Source: a virus
DNA length: 64,000 nucleotides
Direction: 5' to 3' (one strand)
Virus record (IMG/VR): IMGVR_UViG_3300028563_000011
Span: 32,001 to 96,000 of that record
The notes beneath the pieces were generated by a model. The model was given only the letters and a program-made list of their open reading frames with translations. It was not told the DNA's origin and searched no databases. Below are positions 10,901-19,907 of this stretch, in pieces (positions within the stretch are counted from its first letter, which is position 1; each line of letters starts with the position of its first letter). A program made the position numbers and the translations under genes.

Positions 10901-11133
10901 GATTCTTTAATGCTTGAGTTTACTCTTTGATAGGTTGCATCCATGTCAGTCAAAGCTTTTGTTAAGTCTTTGACTGCTTTTGTTGAATCTTCCGTGGAAC
11001 CTGTAAACCCACCAAGGTCTCTTACGCCACTTTGGCTAAAAGAATTCAAAGAGGACTTAGCTTGCGCTAAGTCCCGGTCAAGAGAATCAAGGCGGGCTCG
11101 CACATCAACCGAAACGGAGCCAGCTTGTATCAT
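7900..11133 (-). CDS. Tail tape measure protein
   Basis: 1077 aa, Ala/Gln-rich helical; C-terminal HTGG...PRFHSGG...E motif. Confidence 0.9.
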   Translation of the reverse strand: MIQAGSVSVDVRARLDSLDRDLAQAKSSLNSFSQSGVRDLGGFTGSTEDSTKAVKDLTKALTDMDATYQRVNSSIKESQPAVEASSKAWALLGVASTGAMASFASPQAVASAAAMAATVVTVARATTALGAATLVVVSAWTLAKAAVVNASKEIDAASKAQLDLPFFIGLQKAADSTKLSLDSVIDALHKVDELTTQRIGGDPLGNRIIQLSNMGYFQGNTGVTALSTAQTLEDKFKAVVTLMDQAIAAGQRLAALDLAKMILPPDIYKQVQAYGAIVLQNLLDKSDKSKPSSSDQYTMYYAKGIALQFDAIDKRIKDSADYWTEQLNKPWLEQPSNIRVWFGKLSTYLKALNDTISTTASALRFGLMGAPITQADRLYNIPSPGQEQTTGPYQAVTGENDAFTAAAARLKRGALSPARAFPALQQPTTPTSAIATSKLTIADILGAVSPNEPNQAGAQADSMQHATQSYAEASAALKVLLQDEDAVTRKATELNQVYGEQSLQLQPLVQHIKDQTKEMQSEIDNISRSTQATTQLRIQDELLRAVKEGKLKLAPSEIAALSNEYASTMQLLKVTTELQKLKSQAEVLQLGDIGTNESAVITMLQGLFKEDWVNQLNSLPAKFMRYDQSMKESLDLTIKLREETQNFNVAMKGIGALSPEAKGQQAALQEMTKLEQQYLVLHGANATIDQKTLDIYKQLSTQAGTLATAQERFTLAEAARSRLLSGSQSIQTSQLELTLVGKSIEQQDKLRGELQARQQVETEAAAHRIKADESHITALQAQKDLEAQLKQATRESQAADDAKYTRETMFLSDTDKQVADLQKSLHGGDWSKFMDDTLAQTTRLNAELKAVTDQAGTFASTFFTELANGTKGITALTDAFKNLQNTLIDMASKQLIKQILGSSLGMFGIGTGYNPLAQFSGGQGSGGAGTLTGNEWVALGQGHTGGIVGNIPATRYVHASEFTNAPRFHSGGIVGKERPIIAMDDEEVITRNDPRHSWNGGSGGGNQPIYLQPQITVENNHSGASVSVQQESDGKGGRQARIVINEMVNSALLPGTPASRSLLSSQGQKQKPRLRGS

Positions 11134-11411
11134 TGGACCTTTGCTCTTCTGGTCTTTGGTCTTTTACCTGAGAATAAAGTGTCAAAGACCTTTGTTGTCA
11201 AGATTAAAGGTTGACCCTTAGCATCTCGCGGTGGACCACTTGATTTGGGCTTACCATCACCAAAAATGGCGCGATACATATCTACGCGCCCTAGGTACCC
11301 AATCTCAATCGCATTCATATCGGAGTGAAGTGTTTGTTCTTCGGTCCACCCTAACCAACCAAGGGCTTTCCTTTCTAGCCAGCCACAATACTCCTCTATG
11401 GTCCACGCTAC
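11130..11411 (-). CDS. Tail assembly chaperone gpT-like segment (probably reached by -1 frameshift)
   Basis: Frame is open from the end of the upstream chaperone gene; ALGWLGWTEEQT motif. Confidence 0.6.
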   Translation of the reverse strand, partial: VAWTIEEYCGWLERKALGWLGWTEEQTLHSDMNAIEIGYLGRVDMYRAIFGDGKPKSSGPPRDAKGQPLILTTKVFDTLFSGKRPKTRRAKVQ

Positions 11412-11788
11412 GACTGAGGGTCCTCGGAAGAGTTCTCCTCACTCTTGTTAATTGGGCGACCACCATTTGCTAAAACATGGAGGTACTCAATACACCGAGC
11501 AAGAAGAGCTCCACTATCATCTGTCAAGCCTGACGACCAAACAAGCTCAGGGATATCTTTGTCTTTCAATAACCCTGGCCGACCTGATTGTGGGCCTAGT
11601 CCAAGAGTTATCACCCGCACAACGACGTCAAAATCCATCCTTGCTACAGCATCAATAGTCCCACGAATACCTCCGTTTAGTCGAGACAGCTGTTGCGCAG
11701 CATTAAGGGTTGGGCGTAGGACGTAATCTTGGCCGCCAAGAGTGATCTCCACATTCCCAATACCCAACCTACTCTTTTCATCGCTCAT
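11408..11788 (-). CDS. Tail assembly chaperone (gpG / GTA gp10-like)
   Basis: ITLGGQDYVLRPT motif; lies between tail tube and tape measure genes. Confidence 0.75.
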   Translation of the reverse strand: MSDEKSRLGIGNVEITLGGQDYVLRPTLNAAQQLSRLNGGIRGTIDAVARMDFDVVVRVITLGLGPQSGRPGLLKDKDIPELVWSSGLTDDSGALLARCIEYLHVLANGGRPINKSEENSSEDPQS

Positions 11789-11823
11789 TTTTGCTATTCC
11801 TTTAGTTGACCCTTTAGAGATTA

Positions 11824-12306
11824 TTAGGAGGCATACACCTTCACGACGTTGGAGTTTACCCCTAATGTTGCCGTAAGCTTCATGACGTTATTAGCCGTAT
11901 CAAGTTGCTCACGGGAATCCATCACAAGCGCAAGGAAGTACCGTAAGGAATTTGTTGTTCCTCCACTAGGCATATCATTGAACTCAACCTTGAAAGCATA
12001 GTTATACGGAGTTTCTTCCGCTGCTCTCAAAGCAATCTGACCTAGATCACTATAGTCAATGCCACATATGATAGCCATATCACCAGCATCTCGGTTACCC
12101 TTGAGCTTGTGAGTACGCTTGTCTTTGATGGCATCAAACTTGATGTTTGAAGATTGATCTCCAAACTGACCAAGGTTCTCTAACCAGTTAACTTCAACCC
12201 AAGATTGTCCAGAAAAGTCACCAGAGACAAAGTCTGAGTTCTTGGGGGAGATTACCCCACCAATGTATAGGCGTGCACCAGAGGTAGCGAAAATACCAGC
12301 AGTCAT
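11824..12306 (-). CDS. Major tail tube protein
   Basis: GARLYIG, LGQFGD, KLKGNRDAG and DLGQIAL motifs. Confidence 0.85.
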   Translation of the reverse strand: MTAGIFATSGARLYIGGVISPKNSDFVSGDFSGQSWVEVNWLENLGQFGDQSSNIKFDAIKDKRTHKLKGNRDAGDMAIICGIDYSDLGQIALRAAEETPYNYAFKVEFNDMPSGGTTNSLRYFLALVMDSREQLDTANNVMKLTATLGVNSNVVKVYAS

Positions 12307-12349
12307 GACACTTGTTCCTTTTCGTTTGCCTTCCGCCTACTGATCCAGC

Positions 12350-12790
12350 TTATACGCCCAACTTTGCTAACTGGATAGTTAGTGTTACGATCCGTCCTAC
12401 AACATTATCATCATCAACCGGGGCAACGATAGGACCAGTTGCCAGTATTAGTACAACGTTCCAACTTGGAATTGTTATACCCCCTCGTTGACGGTGAAAC
12501 AAGTCATGAACAAGATAAGATATAGTCTCAATATCTCGGTATTGTTGAGCCGTTGCATTATAACCATAAATTGAAATATCCCTAGTAAAAGTAGGCCGAC
12601 GATCGTTTACACCATCGGTCTCGCTTTGAGCAATATCTGGACTAACAAAAATAACGGGTCGAGGAGTATCAACTGGAGCCGGACGCCGAGAAAACACCGG
12701 AAAGGTATTCTCATAGTCCGGAAGCATAGCCGTTATGCTGCTATCTCCTAAAATAGCAGCAATCAATGGAGCAGCAAGGTCTGGACTCAT
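12350..12790 (-). CDS. Tail terminator (DUF3168-like)
   Basis: Size, position upstream of the tail tube gene and LFHRQ motif. Confidence 0.7.
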   Translation of the reverse strand: MSPDLAAPLIAAILGDSSITAMLPDYENTFPVFSRRPAPVDTPRPVIFVSPDIAQSETDGVNDRRPTFTRDISIYGYNATAQQYRDIETISYLVHDLFHRQRGGITIPSWNVVLILATGPIVAPVDDDNVVGRIVTLTIQLAKLGV

Positions 12791-13194
12791 GGACCAAACT
12801 CACGCCGTATTGCTGCAGCAATACGTTGCTCCATTTCAGGAGTTTTATTAGCAATTGCTGGCCGGAGATACGGCCTAGGCTCCATTTTTTCTGTACCGTA
12901 TTCAAGAAATAAACCATAATCTACAGTAACTGTTACGGTTCCAGTATAGGTATTAAAGTCATAAGAAGTTGAAATGTTATTAACTAATGTTCCAGTATCA
13001 GAAGCCGGGGGCTCTCCAGCCGCTGAAGCTCGATGGGTTACTCCACGGTGCCTATACGAGCGCCCATTTTTCTCAGTATTAAGTATTAAAGAAATAGCCT
13101 CAGCCCGAATGGCTTCAGTACCACGAATGACCTCAGGCATTACAGCCTTACGGATGCGGTCAGCTAAAGCTTTATCGTTAAAATCAACAGCCAT
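12787..13194 (-). CDS. HK97 gp10-like neck protein
   Basis: PASDTGTL...LEYGTEKMEPRPYLRPA. Confidence 0.85.
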   Translation of the reverse strand: MAVDFNDKALADRIRKAVMPEVIRGTEAIRAEAISLILNTEKNGRSYRHRGVTHRASAAGEPPASDTGTLVNNISTSYDFNTYTGTVTVTVDYGLFLEYGTEKMEPRPYLRPAIANKTPEMEQRIAAAIRREFGP

Positions 13195-13583
13195 TACGGT
13201 GGTAAATCCCCAATTTCGGTAGCTTGAACCGACATTGAAGCTCCAGCTGGGTCCACTTCTAGGACCTTACGGAACTGATGCCAACGGGGGGGAACCCCTA
13301 TATAAATGAAATCCCCCTGCTTTGGGATTGTCACCGGCTTAACTGAGCCTAAGAGAATCAGTATTCTGACATCTTGATCGGGAATACCAGTTTTGGCTAT
13401 ATACATAGCCGAAAAGTGTTCTCGAATACCTGTAAAGGTAAATGTCTGAGTTGTTCCAGGGACTGCATCCCCGTATGCATCTAAAGCGGAAGGAATTCGA
13501 CGACTAATGGTTCCAACTAGAAGCTTGCCCTGAAACTTCTGAGCTATTGTTGCCTTTAGAGAGCCTTCCAGAATAGAAGCCAT
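13194..13583 (-). CDS. Head closure / head-tail joining protein
   Basis: PKQGD and VDPAGA motifs; position. Confidence 0.65.
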   Translation of the reverse strand: MASILEGSLKATIAQKFQGKLLVGTISRRIPSALDAYGDAVPGTTQTFTFTGIREHFSAMYIAKTGIPDQDVRILILLGSVKPVTIPKQGDFIYIGVPPRWHQFRKVLEVDPAGASMSVQATEIGDLPP

Positions 13584-13648
13584 AGAGCCGTTTTATCCCT
13601 TAGGGTGAGCCTATCTAGCTGGTAGCTCTCAAAACTCCTCAGCGGGGC

Positions 13649-14002
13649 TTATTCGGACCTACGAGCAACACGAGTAACCTTAGTCCGTACCCGTTCAACC
13701 TTTGCCGGGGGTATATCTTCTACGGACTCCCCTTGAGGCTCTTCTTTGGGTTCTTGTCTTGATTCATCATCTTTTGATTCGAGTATCTCAGTATCCTCAA
13801 CTACAGTATCAAGTATTGGTTGAGGTTCTTCTTGCGCAAAGTCGATCATGTACTGATCGAAAAGCTGACGTAACCGTCTAGCTGTAACTTTTGTCTTGTC
13901 GAACGGTTGACCGCGAGGGATGATCTTGCCACCTAAAACCAAAGGCTTAAAGGCTACAAAGTCACGACCGCGGTCAAATTCATCTCGGGTCTTTATTACC
14001 AT
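13649..14002 (-). CDS. Hypothetical head-associated protein
   Basis: Good RBS; immediately after the capsid gene; RRLRQLFD motif. Confidence 0.5.
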   Translation of the reverse strand: MVIKTRDEFDRGRDFVAFKPLVLGGKIIPRGQPFDKTKVTARRLRQLFDQYMIDFAQEEPQPILDTVVEDTEILESKDDESRQEPKEEPQGESVEDIPPAKVERVRTKVTRVARRSE

Positions 14003-14029
14003 TGCTTACCCTCCGTTCAAGCTTTAACC

Positions 14030-15037
14030 TTAGAACGGATAGGCCGGAGACACCGCGTTCTTGAAGAAGATGCCAAGGTCCTGAGCAATAATCCGGATAT
14101 CCCAGGCCATACGAGACTGGAAGTAATCCGAATGCGCCCGGTTATCACGGCCACGTTCAATAACCCCACCAATTGCGTTTGTCACGCCAGGCATAAGCCC
14201 AGTCCAGGCAAACATAGCAATAGCGGTCGGGGAGTCCAAAGCCGGGTTGGGATCAATATACCCCAACCACATCGCGTTTTTATCCACGATATAGTTGAAG
14301 CTATCAGTTCCACCCTCAGCTGCGGAGTTGTAAATCGAACGTGCAACGAACACATTGTCAACTTCAAAGAGTGCAGCAAGGATATCCTCGTCGGCGATAC
14401 CGATCTGGGTATACTTGATACGATCAGCGATGTCAGCGTGCAGGCGTAAGATACGCTTGACGTTTGCGCCAAGAACAAGAGTATTCGGCATGAAGCCGGT
14501 CTTCTCGTTCATGACATCTTTGTAGTGGTCAATGGTCCCAAGCGGGTCCGATCCCACGTCGTTAAACTGGTGCATCTGGAGCGCGCCAGGGGCTGAAGCA
14601 ACACCAGCCACTTCCGTGGTCCACTTACCAGTCGCGAACATATTGGTCGCCCAGTAACGATCTTGCTTGATCATCATCTTCTGGGTGAGCAACGTAGTCG
14701 CATTCTCGTCAAGACGGATAGGATCATCGACGTTTGCACGCTGACGATCATCCACAATATGCTCCAAGGCGTACTCAACTGCCGAGTAGTTACCTTGGCT
14801 CAGCTTGTAACTAACTTGCTCAGGGCGACCGCCTAACGGACGAGGTTTAGCCTCATCACGCCAGAAGTAACCACGGTCGTAGACCACATACAAGTCAGTC
14901 TGCTTCAAGACTGGAATAACTGAAGCTGCTCGCTGAGCAACGAAACTCTTCCGATCCTGAACGTAGTTCACTGAGAAGTTTGTAAGGTACCTGTCTACGT
15001 GCAGTGTACCTTCAATGTTCTGGGCTTGGCCGGGCAT
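14030..15037 (-). CDS. Major capsid protein
   Basis: HVDRYLTNFSV, SDPL and PNTLVLG motifs of gpE-like capsids; higher GC3. Confidence 0.9.
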   Translation of the reverse strand: MPGQAQNIEGTLHVDRYLTNFSVNYVQDRKSFVAQRAASVIPVLKQTDLYVVYDRGYFWRDEAKPRPLGGRPEQVSYKLSQGNYSAVEYALEHIVDDRQRANVDDPIRLDENATTLLTQKMMIKQDRYWATNMFATGKWTTEVAGVASAPGALQMHQFNDVGSDPLGTIDHYKDVMNEKTGFMPNTLVLGANVKRILRLHADIADRIKYTQIGIADEDILAALFEVDNVFVARSIYNSAAEGGTDSFNYIVDKNAMWLGYIDPNPALDSPTAIAMFAWTGLMPGVTNAIGGVIERGRDNRAHSDYFQSRMAWDIRIIAQDLGIFFKNAVSPAYPF

Positions 15038-15078
15038 TTCAACTCACTCCTTCTTCTAAGCTTGTTTATGCGTTAAGT

Positions 15079-15432
15079 TTAGCGACCAAACGTAAACTCA
15101 ACGCGTTCACCAGAGGCAGCACTGTTGCGAGCAATGCCAAAAGCAACACCCCCAGCTAAGGTAATGGCTTTCCCTGAACCATCAGATTGCAACCGATCCC
15201 CAGCTGTCACCGCCGCACCGGCGATAGCCTTACCTTCTCCTAAAGTCTGAATGGTAACTGGTAGCGTGGTTGAACCGGGTTCAAAGATAACACCAGCAAC
15301 CGGGTCCCCATTGCCAGCTAAGGCAATAAGACCATCTGTACCTACCTTGGCAAGGTAGTGCATGTTATTAGAAAGGTCGGCACTCGCAAACGCGGCATAA
15401 GTACCGGCCCCAAACAACTTCATTGTAGCCAT
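15079..15432 (-). CDS. Head decoration/cement protein (DUF2190-like)
   Basis: AGAAVTAGDRLQSDGSGKAI...GIA motif; upstream of the capsid gene. Confidence 0.75.
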   Translation of the reverse strand: MATMKLFGAGTYAAFASADLSNNMHYLAKVGTDGLIALAGNGDPVAGVIFEPGSTTLPVTIQTLGEGKAIAGAAVTAGDRLQSDGSGKAITLAGGVAFGIARNSAASGERVEFTFGR

Positions 15433-15449
15433 AGTTCACTTCTCCTTTT

Positions 15450-15842
15450 TCACTTGAACAAGATCTCGATCTTGTCATTCAGAGCACCGTTACTTAACGC
15501 TATACCAAAAGCGTCACCAGTTGATAAGGGTATAGCGCGCCCTTCGCTATCCGACTGCAACCTACTACCCGCAGTAACTGAACCGCCAAGGATACACTTC
15601 TGTTTATCGGAGAACTCAACTGTTACTGGAAAATCCAGCGGACCAGCCCGGCTAATAATACCAAAAACCGGCTCTCCATAACCAGAAAGTACTATCCTTC
15701 CATCAACATCAATCTTGACTAGATAGTGCTTTTTCTCAGAGAGATCAACACCAGCCAAGGCAGCATAGCTAAAGGCAGTGACTTCATCCCTATCATAAAG
15801 GGAAATAAGTTCTTCACTTAAGAGTTGGGTAAGCGAAGCCAT
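15450..15842 (-). CDS. Second head decoration/cement paralogue
   Basis: GGSVTAGSRLQSDSEGRAI...FGIA, clearly homologous to 15079..15432. Confidence 0.7.
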   Translation of the reverse strand: MASLTQLLSEELISLYDRDEVTAFSYAALAGVDLSEKKHYLVKIDVDGRIVLSGYGEPVFGIISRAGPLDFPVTVEFSDKQKCILGGSVTAGSRLQSDSEGRAIPLSTGDAFGIALSNGALNDKIEILFK

Positions 15843-15864
15843 CTGCCTTTAACTCTTGTTTCCT

Positions 15865-16749
15865 TTAGTTGGCATTCCGATTTTGGTATGCCTCAAACTC
15901 ATCAGGGTAATCCGTACGTGCTTTGGTCATTGCCTCAGCACGCGAGATACCTTTGATTGACTTGTGGATGTCTTCCACCCGCTTTTCAAAAGCGTCAATC
16001 CCGGGCACGCCAGGCTTACGGCTCTTGCGGTTAAGATCATCAATACCAGACCCCTTACCGATTGTCTCAAAAGCACCCTTAGCCAGTTTCTCAGACTGGG
16101 TAAAGACAGCTTCGAAAGACTTGCGGACAGCCGGATCTAACCTGCCCATGGCCTTGAGCATAGCAGCCCGCTCTTCAACCGAACCAGGGACATGCTTGAA
16201 TTCATCGTCTGCACGCTTGCACAACTCAGCTTGCTCACGAGCATCACGTTCCTTAGCAATATCCTCATCAGCCTTCTTAAGGCGAGCATCCTGAGCCTTA
16301 AGAATAGCGAAATGGGCTTCACCAACCGCTGATTTCCGAATTTCTTGACCTTCGATCTTGAGAACTTCATCATCCTCAAGCCGCTTGTTCATTTCTTTCT
16401 TTCGGTCAGCTTCAGGCTTACCCATAAAAGTAGCAACATCATCAGCCGACTTACCGGCGCAATGATCCTTCTCGTCTTGGGTCATCTTAGCCAAGACTTT
16501 CAACTGCTCATTTTCCTCCAGAAGCTTTTCAATAAGCTTCTGGGTATCGTCCTCATCGTCGTCCGGTTCGCTATCGTCAGGCTCTTCGCCCTTAGCCTTC
16601 GCCTTCGCCTTCTTCAATGCAGCCTTAAGGACTTCCACACCTTGGTCCTCAAGCGGCTGATTGGCAGCTTCCACAGCCTTCTCAAGCTCAGTAGCAAGCT
16701 CTTCGACCTGCTCCTCAAGCTTGGAAATTTCGGTATCATTCGTAGCCAT
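15865..16749 (-). CDS. Capsid scaffolding protein
   Basis: Charged coiled coil upstream of the capsid genes; C-terminal SRAEAMTKARTDYPDEFEAY; many hydrophobic-x-K sites. Confidence 0.75.
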   Translation of the reverse strand: MATNDTEISKLEEQVEELATELEKAVEAANQPLEDQGVEVLKAALKKAKAKAKGEEPDDSEPDDDEDDTQKLIEKLLEENEQLKVLAKMTQDEKDHCAGKSADDVATFMGKPEADRKKEMNKRLEDDEVLKIEGQEIRKSAVGEAHFAILKAQDARLKKADEDIAKERDAREQAELCKRADDEFKHVPGSVEERAAMLKAMGRLDPAVRKSFEAVFTQSEKLAKGAFETIGKGSGIDDLNRKSRKPGVPGIDAFEKRVEDIHKSIKGISRAEAMTKARTDYPDEFEAYQNRNAN

Positions 16750-16819
16750 TGTTTCTTTCCTCTTCCTAAACGGTAGGTTAAAGGGATGGAGTGGCTGAGT
16801 GAGGACCTACCGCCCCACT

Positions 16820-19372
16820 TTACACTTTGAGTTCTTTTAATGTACCCCGCAAAGCTTGTAATCCTTGCATGACTTTGTCTTGTCCAGGAGCAGCTTTAGC
16901 GGCATCTGGAGGAACAGTAAAGCCCGAAGATCGCCCTACGGCAGAAAGTGGTACATGTTGTACTCCAGCTTTGCTCTGACGTTCACGAAGAGCAATAAGA
17001 GCTTCTGCCGCTTTTAAGACTTTCTGACGAGCAGCCTCACCAGAAATATCTTGAGTTTTTGCAACACGTTGAACTAAACCAGAAGCTTTGTCCTTAAGTT
17101 GACTACTTTCAGCGTATTTGATTATACCAGCCATAGCTTTAGGAGAAAGTTCTGGACCGGCATTGATTTTGTCTAAGACTGAGAAGACATGTGGAGAAGC
17201 AAACCAAGCCGCAGCAGCTAAAGCTAAAGTTGTTCCTGCTGCCAAAGCAGCTGCTCGACCAAAGCGTTTAATCCGCCCGATCTTTGCCGGTTCTTTAGCT
17301 ACTTCTGCTTTTGACGCGCCCGGACTTGAAGCAAAGCGCCCACCCTTACCATGATTTGGATTGAACTTATTTATACCTTCATTTGAGATTTTATCTAGAA
17401 TTTGGCTTACTAATGATAATCTATCCCTTACTGGATTGCCCTGAGTAATAGCTGGACGTTCCTTACCAATAGTATTAACTTGCTTTAATGAATACTTTTT
17501 ATTCACATCATCCACAATCCCTTTCAATATTTTAGCTGATTTTGCCTTTGATGCTCCAGTCTTTTTAGAAAACTCATTTACCATGTCAGTCATGGTAGAA
17601 GATATTTCTTCTTTAGACTTTGCACTAATGGCTTGCTTAAAAGCCCTCTTGAATTTACTTCTTAAGTATAAGGAGCGAATCTTCTTTGCAGCAATCGCTA
17701 CTCCTAATGCTGCAACTGCTGCCCCAACTGATGCTACGATTTGGGCTTGCTGTTGAACCTCTGGTCCGTACCTACCAGGTCCACTGGCCATATTTGGCAA
17801 CCCTAACCCAGAACTAAATCTACCCTTAGAATCATGATTTGGATTTCCAACAGTAGCTCCCATACGACTCAACGCAGAAGCAGCAGCTTGTTTCTCTCCT
17901 AAGGAGGTGTTAGGATGATGGTACAAATTTCTTGCTGCAGCAATACGTTCTTGTCTACCCTTGGTTAGTAGAATAGATTTTGTTAACTTATTTATATCTT
18001 CATTTTTTAATTCATCAAGAACTTGAATCAACATATCTACTTTATCTTTAAGCTGGGCTGGATCTACTGCTTTGTTTAGAGAAGCATTAGCTTCATGCTC
18101 CTTAATCGCTTTCATGTCTAAAGCAACAAGCCTAATACGTCCAATTGCCTCTCGAGAAGTTAACTTATCATTCCTAGCAATTTGTCGAGCTAGCACTTTT
18201 GCTCTAAACTTCATATTCTCTTTAGCAGCCGGACTCGATAAAATAGCTTTAAGTCCTTGTTTCATTGCTCGCATTGCACGAGCATTATGAAATTTTGCTC
18301 GTAACTTACGAGCCACATTATGTACAGAGGTTGCAACCAAGACTGCAACAGGAGCAGCTACAGCTGCGGCTGTTAATTTCTCTCCGGTAGACATTCTATT
18401 AAATTCAGCCTTAGCCCTAGCAGCCCCCCCGCTGGCTAAACCAGCTGCCGCAGAAGCAAAATGTCCTAAAGCATCATGGTAAGGATTCCCCCATTTTGTT
18501 AACTTATTTATAGGATCCATTGGCTTTTGCCAACGCGCAGGCTTGGTTGACTGCGGTTTTCTTTTCTCTGGACGCTCACGCGCTAGCTTTAGACTAGCCC
18601 AAGTAACATCAGGATGAGCCTTGGCTTTTGCATGATAAGCTTGAGCATCCGACCTACTAATAAATCGAGTTGTACGTACACGCTTGTCTCTCGTTAAAAC
18701 TGTAACCGAATGTGTGCCAGTCTTATCTCCTGAAGAAGCAACAAATTTACCTGTTTTAGGATCATGGTTAGGGTTACCAATCTTAGAAACGCTTATCTTA
18801 TTCTTATCTGTCAATGTCGTTGAAACAAACTTGGTCGCCCCCCTCATATGAGGCTCTTTGCTAGCCAATTCTTTAGCATGATCGTGATTTAGGGCAGTTA
18901 CCATCACTTGTCCTACAGGCTGCAGTCCGCCTAGGACATGCGGATGAGGAGCAAATCCCATCACGTAGTGTGATGTTCCTTGATGAGGCCCAGAACCAGG
19001 ACCGCCTTTCTTTAAAGATTGCATCCCCCTAAGAAATTTCTTGCCTCGCCTTCCCTTACCCCCCAAAGAAACTCGGCCACCTAAATACGTAGCAATATGA
19101 GTTGGACCCTCAATATTACCAGCGCCAGCACCTACACCACCATCCAAGTCCTTCTGAAACTTAAGCATGTTGTCTTTAAGTGTTTCAATTCTAGCTGCAA
19201 TTTTCTTTTTACGACCAACAAGAATATCATTCACCGAGTCTGAGTTAGAACCATCCTTCTCAATATCTGCTCGTTTCATAATCACCATCCGAGCATGTTC
19301 CTGGCAAGGGTTATCCACGGCCGAAATCTCTGTAATACGTAATTTGTGAAGGATGCGCTTCTTCTCAGTCAT
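16820..19372 (-). CDS. Basic multi-module head accessory polyprotein with 4 NPxHD-type tags
   Basis: N-terminal LRITEISAVDNPCQEHARMVIMKR (prohead-associated motif); NPNHDPKTGKF, NPYHDALGHF, NPNHDSKGRF and NPNHGKGGRF; hydrophobic helices. Confidence 0.7.
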   Translation of the reverse strand: MTEKKRILHKLRITEISAVDNPCQEHARMVIMKRADIEKDGSNSDSVNDILVGRKKKIAARIETLKDNMLKFQKDLDGGVGAGAGNIEGPTHIATYLGGRVSLGGKGRRGKKFLRGMQSLKKGGPGSGPHQGTSHYVMGFAPHPHVLGGLQPVGQVMVTALNHDHAKELASKEPHMRGATKFVSTTLTDKNKISVSKIGNPNHDPKTGKFVASSGDKTGTHSVTVLTRDKRVRTTRFISRSDAQAYHAKAKAHPDVTWASLKLARERPEKRKPQSTKPARWQKPMDPINKLTKWGNPYHDALGHFASAAAGLASGGAARAKAEFNRMSTGEKLTAAAVAAPVAVLVATSVHNVARKLRAKFHNARAMRAMKQGLKAILSSPAAKENMKFRAKVLARQIARNDKLTSREAIGRIRLVALDMKAIKEHEANASLNKAVDPAQLKDKVDMLIQVLDELKNEDINKLTKSILLTKGRQERIAAARNLYHHPNTSLGEKQAAASALSRMGATVGNPNHDSKGRFSSGLGLPNMASGPGRYGPEVQQQAQIVASVGAAVAALGVAIAAKKIRSLYLRSKFKRAFKQAISAKSKEEISSTMTDMVNEFSKKTGASKAKSAKILKGIVDDVNKKYSLKQVNTIGKERPAITQGNPVRDRLSLVSQILDKISNEGINKFNPNHGKGGRFASSPGASKAEVAKEPAKIGRIKRFGRAAALAAGTTLALAAAAWFASPHVFSVLDKINAGPELSPKAMAGIIKYAESSQLKDKASGLVQRVAKTQDISGEAARQKVLKAAEALIALRERQSKAGVQHVPLSAVGRSSGFTVPPDAAKAAPGQDKVMQGLQALRGTLKELKV

Positions 19373-19373
19373 T

Positions 19374-19898
19374 TTACGTCCTGCTTTTGTAAGCGTTAAG
19401 CGCAGACTTAAGTTGCTTCAAATGAAGCAAAATAAGGTCAGCTTTTGTCTTAGCAATCTCTTCTTCACGCTTTTCAATTAAGTGATCTACGATACTACCT
19501 AAAACTTGTATAGCAACAGGAATTTTTAACGAAAAGTTCTTGGCAAAGTAGTTAACTCCTTGTCTAATAGCTTGCTGAGTTACACTTTGCCCAGCCATTT
19601 CAACAACAGCCCTTAAAACACTATTGGTACTCCAAGCAGCAGCCGCTGTACTTGCTCCAACAATAGGTAAAGCGATAGAAGCAATTGTAGCAACTGTTAG
19701 TGCTTTATCTACCCACTTTAGAATTGGGTGGTCTTCTGGTAAGGTAGAACTTTCACTCCCTGAACCTGAAGTAAATTCACCAGTCTTAGGGTCATGATTA
19801 GGATTACCCTCTTTAGCTAAAAATTTGACATCTGACCGAAGTTTGTTCAACTTCTCATTCAAATAATCAATACGAGTACGATTTCTAATCGATAACAT
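19374..19898 (-). CDS. NPNHD-tagged head accessory protein
   Basis: LAK-EGNPNHDPKTGEF, hydrophobic segment and repeated helical module. Confidence 0.7.
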   Translation of the reverse strand: MLSIRNRTRIDYLNEKLNKLRSDVKFLAKEGNPNHDPKTGEFTSGSGSESSTLPEDHPILKWVDKALTVATIASIALPIVGASTAAAAWSTNSVLRAVVEMAGQSVTQQAIRQGVNYFAKNFSLKIPVAIQVLGSIVDHLIEKREEEIAKTKADLILLHLKQLKSALNAYKSRT

Positions 19899-19907
19899 TC
19901 AAAACCT

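Noticed and set aside
11210-11240. PPRDAKGQP in the tail chaperone as a 15th tag
   Set aside because: Lacks the aromatic end residue and upstream Phi-x-K; probably chance
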